Positions 59,366 to 62,178 of a stretch of 62,178 nt of DNA are shown piece by piece (positions within the stretch are counted from its first letter, which is position 1; every line of letters begins with the position of its first letter). The position numbers and the translations under genes were made by a program. The stretch is from a virus (taxonomy: Duplodnaviria; Caudoviricetes). The DNA is taken from the IMG/VR virus record IMGVR_UViG_3300032431_000082, positions 1 through 62,178 of that record; one strand, given 5' to 3'. The notes below the pieces were generated by a model. That model searched no databases and was not told the origin of the DNA. It was given only the letters and a program-made list of their open reading frames with translations.

Positions 59366-60066
59366 TGTGGTGCCTCCTTGTCAGTAGTGTGAGCGCCACA
59401 TGGCTGCGATTGCTGAGGCGCGCTCTGTATCAATGTCTTCAAGAGGTTTAAGTCTCTCTTATATAACCACCCTGTACTCCCTATCAAAGGGGGTGCACCT
59501 ACTACTAGACCATCACTGGTGCGGGTGAATCGTGCAGACCGCTCAACCTCTATAGGGTTAACTGTCGTCACTACAGGATGATTATTGTAGTAGTGGATAA
59601 TGCCCCGGCTATCGAATAGTGATGTCCCCAGTAGGGAGTGCACTGCATCACTACCCGCTAATAGTATAGGGGTAGATGATGGTATACCCGATAGTTCAGC
59701 CAGTAGCCAACCTTTGCATGTATCTCTAGGCCCTACTAATTGATTACCCTTCTTACCCCTAGGGGGGCACTTCATTGCATTAGTACGGTACGTGACAGCA
59801 TATAGGTCAAACCCTAACTCCTTAGATACAGTGGCTATAGTAGTCTGGAAGATCTTCCCAGCATTCACTACCTTACTTGTAGATGGAGATAGTGCTTGCC
59901 CCGCACGTACTTCCTCAGCGCCAGGGTATGCAGATATCACTATCAATCGTACATCCTTTAAGGGGCAGGGGCTATTACCGGGGATAGGGTCATGCTTCCT
60001 CCCTTCTGATAGCGCACACCGAGTACATTTAGTAAATGCTGGCGTAGCTAATACGGGGGGCATCAT
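59362..60066 (-). CDS. Uracil-DNA glycosylase family 4-like protein with altered catalytic motifs
   Basis: CTRCAL, PG..E...G, TN..KC.P, C..WL..EL and G..A...LLG...RG. ATG 60066 overlaps the dUTPase stop. Confidence 0.75.
   Translation of the reverse strand: MMPPVLATPAFTKCTRCALSEGRKHDPIPGNSPCPLKDVRLIVISAYPGAEEVRAGQALSPSTSKVVNAGKIFQTTIATVSKELGFDLYAVTYRTNAMKCPPRGKKGNQLVGPRDTCKGWLLAELSGIPSSTPILLAGSDAVHSLLGTSLFDSRGIIHYYNNHPVVTTVNPIEVERSARFTRTSDGLVVGAPPLIGSTGWLYKRDLNLLKTLIQSAPQQSQPCGAHTTDKEAPQ
59392..59410 (-). repeat. Degenerate family A micro-element within the UDG-like C-terminus
   Basis: AGCGCCACATGGCTGCGAT versus AGTGCCGCATGGCTGCGAC at 25931 (16/19 identical). Confidence 0.5.
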
Positions 60067-60737
60067 GACTCGAAGGATGCTATCACTGCACCCCCAGACA
60101 TCCCATACCATGATGGGTCATTACTTTGTGCATTAGAGGTACTGCCCCAGCCACCTCCCCTACCATCACGTACCTGTAAGATGGATACATCTGTGCCCAT
60201 GAAGAGATTAGTAGCCGGTGCTGTCATTGGTATCAATTGAGCTACCCTCTCCCCTCTGAGAAGGATAATCGGTACCTCATATGCACTGTATAAGGCTAGC
60301 AATACCTCACCTCGGTACTCACTATCAATCACACCAATAGAGTTATGTAATCTCAACCCTATCCGTGTACTAGTAGATGACCGCAGACATACCATGAACC
60401 ATAGCCCCTGTTGTACATCCTGTGGGAGTGTATGAATGCCTGTGCGGAATAGGGGTGGGTTGTATTGCATCTGCCATAGGGCATCATCTTTGATAGTGTA
60501 AGGTGAGCCTTTAGGCAGTACCCCCTCTTTATAGCCAATACTATCTAAGATGTTCTGATTAATGGCACTGAGAGGCGCTGTACGTGTCATCTCCCGTGGT
60601 ACTTGTGATAGTGGGGGGATTATCACATCGTCTGCCAGTGATAGGTCATAGCCTGCATCTGATGTCCTACCCGGCTTGATTAATGTGTTGTCGGGGCAGT
60701 GTGGCTGTCTGAGGATGTCGATATTATGCGAGGTCAT
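60063..60737 (-). CDS. dut: Trimeric dUTPase
   Basis: All five motifs: AGYDL, RSS, GVIDSEYRGE, ERVAQL and RGGGWGST. Confidence 0.93.
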   Translation of the reverse strand: MTSHNIDILRQPHCPDNTLIKPGRTSDAGYDLSLADDVIIPPLSQVPREMTRTAPLSAINQNILDSIGYKEGVLPKGSPYTIKDDALWQMQYNPPLFRTGIHTLPQDVQQGLWFMVCLRSSTSTRIGLRLHNSIGVIDSEYRGEVLLALYSAYEVPIILLRGERVAQLIPMTAPATNLFMGTDVSILQVRDGRGGGWGSTSNAQSNDPSWYGMSGGAVIASFES

Positions 60738-60765
60738 AGGAAGTACCTAATTGTTGTGTGTTGTA

Positions 60766-61854
60766 TTATGCTAATGCACTAACTAGTACATCTGTAGTGC
60801 CGCTATCACTGTGCGAGGATAGTAATAACATATCCATAGCCTTCTCGTTATCGGTAGCGGGGAATGACTTCCCTGTCAATGTAATCAACCCTTTAGGTAA
60901 TGCGGATAGGGCTGATAGTAATGTAGTAGGGGCATACTTATTATCACCCATAGTGAGGATAGCATCTTCCATATCCTCAGACTCTTGTTGCGTCATGGCT
61001 ATCTTAGTAGGAGATGTGGTACCGGTGACAGTCAATTCAATGTAAGGGAAGGGGTCATTGTAAGATAAGGTGACTGATGTGGGTGTTGATAGTGCACTCC
61101 AATTCAGGGCAGATAGGAAGTCTGATTGTTGTACCCTTAATGTATACACACTAGGTAATGCAGATATAGTATCCACTACGTCATTCTTAGCGAAGTCTGT
61201 CAGTGGTACCAATAGTTCCACGCACCCATCTACTAACCCCAAGTAACTCTTACCGTGATGGTAAAGTACAGCCTCCTTCATCTTCTTCATGATAGTGAGG
61301 ATATGTACAGATACCTCTGTGAATACGGGTAGGGCGCACGTGTAGGCGGTGGGGATAATGGTACGTATTACTGCACCCGATATATTACTATTCAGTACCA
61401 CACCATAATCCTGTAACGATAAGGTAGATAGTGCCTTCCCATCCTCACAATTCAAGCTAGTCAAGTCAACACTAGCACCCGAGAATAGTTGTGTCTTCAC
61501 ACCCATATCATTAGGTAATGTAGGGTGCGAGGCACATAAGACTATATCCTGTGATGCGTACCCTTGTACCTGGTACATCAGCGCCTGACCTAATGTGACA
61601 GTCAGTTCACGCCCAACAGGGACTAGCGAGGACACCTTAACTAACTGCGCCCCATCTACCCAGACAGTGCCATCTAAGACCCCTTCTACTTCAATAGAGG
61701 AGTGGAGTATAGCCCCACCTCCCATAGCTGTAGCTGTCAATATATTACCTGTAAGATTAAGGCGTACTTCCTTTTCACCCTTCTTAGCGGCTAATGCCCA
61801 AGCTGTCTTGATAGCTAATACGTAGCTGATGATATCCTTTACAATGTACTTCAT
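60766..61854 (-). CDS. dnaN: DNA polymerase III beta sliding clamp-like protein
   Basis: 362 aa, which is clamp-sized. N-terminal V.L...G..L...A......I...G...G.V.VD...L..V..L pattern. Same operon as the clamp loader genes. Confidence 0.6.
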   Translation of the reverse strand: MKYIVKDIISYVLAIKTAWALAAKKGEKEVRLNLTGNILTATAMGGGAILHSSIEVEGVLDGTVWVDGAQLVKVSSLVPVGRELTVTLGQALMYQVQGYASQDIVLCASHPTLPNDMGVKTQLFSGASVDLTSLNCEDGKALSTLSLQDYGVVLNSNISGAVIRTIIPTAYTCALPVFTEVSVHILTIMKKMKEAVLYHHGKSYLGLVDGCVELLVPLTDFAKNDVVDTISALPSVYTLRVQQSDFLSALNWSALSTPTSVTLSYNDPFPYIELTVTGTTSPTKIAMTQQESEDMEDAILTMGDNKYAPTTLLSALSALPKGLITLTGKSFPATDNEKAMDMLLLSSHSDSGTTDVLVSALA

Positions 61855-62178
61855 AAAAACTCTCGGTAAGTGGGAAACTCAGTGGCTTGAGCCCTGAGAT
61901 AGGAACAACGTGGGTGGTTTTAACCACCGTGAATCTATCCATTACCGCCTTGGGGTTGCTTGGCTCGGTGTACTTTTGTAGTGTACTCTCAATGGGACAA
62001 TTACCATTTCAAGCTTCGCAATCCTGTACGCATAATGGTCGGCAGAAATGCCTCTCCCTCGCGGGGTAATGTTCGCTTCGCCAATGTTATAAGGGCTTGT
62101 TGGGCTTGCAACACTGTTCCAGTGACTTTAGAACTGTTTAATTACAAACGACAGAGCAGAGAACTAGCTACGCTGGGA
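61851..62178 (-). mobile_element. Non-autonomous IS200/IS605 IscB-type (OMEGA) element, continuing beyond the window edge
   Basis: HEARO-like RNA, a 10-aa remnant ORF (62033-62001), subterminal hairpin CTCAGGGC-TCAA-GCCACTGAG (61898-61878) and terminal TTTTTATGA. Base composition differs from the phage. Confidence 0.7.
62054..62178 (-). ncRNA. HEARO / IscB omega-RNA scaffold (3' part)
   Basis: Minus strand GCGTAGCTAGTTCTCTGCTCTGTCG...TTAAACAGTTCTAAAGTCACTGGAACAGTG...TAACATTGGCGAAGCGAACATTACCCCGCGAGGGAG matches the cyanobacterial HEARO pattern as I recall it. Confidence 0.72.

Noticed and set aside
61887-62069. 60-aa plus-strand ORF
   Set aside because: It has a TTG start, lies antisense within the IscB-type element and shows no coding features.

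Overview
This window is a 62 kb segment of a large contractile-tailed (myovirus-like) dsDNA phage genome. The host is probably a filamentous cyanobacterium, inferred from the GAF/Cph1-Rcp1-type signalling genes, a cyanobacterial-type HEARO/omega-RNA element, SDR-like micro-repeats and a DUF928-like peptide. The left part (1-41.9 kb, mostly + strand) holds baseplate and tail genes (baseplate J, a gpI-like fusion, a gp8-like wedge, two DUF4815-like proteins, two tail fibres), the terminase large subunit and a 3209-aa nuclease-headed tape-measure-like protein. The right part (mostly - strand) holds tRNA-Arg(CCT), a Cas4/RecB-like nuclease, RuvC, primase, two helicases, ThyX, dNMP kinase, dUTPase, a UDG-like protein and a DnaN/DnaX/HolA-like clamp and loader set. 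The most notable observations are: (i) a complete phage-encoded phosphorelay operon (GAF-PAS histidine kinase, two receivers and a membrane protein); (ii) two families of 20-27-nt palindromic micro-elements, one with target-site duplications, inserted into genes; (iii) a nuclease-less IscB/omega-RNA element abutting the clamp start codon; (iv) an unannotated 55-aa peptide ending in a DUF928-like motif; (v) a flavin monooxygenase translationally coupled inside the baseplate operon. All family assignments come from motif recognition by eye, with no database searches.
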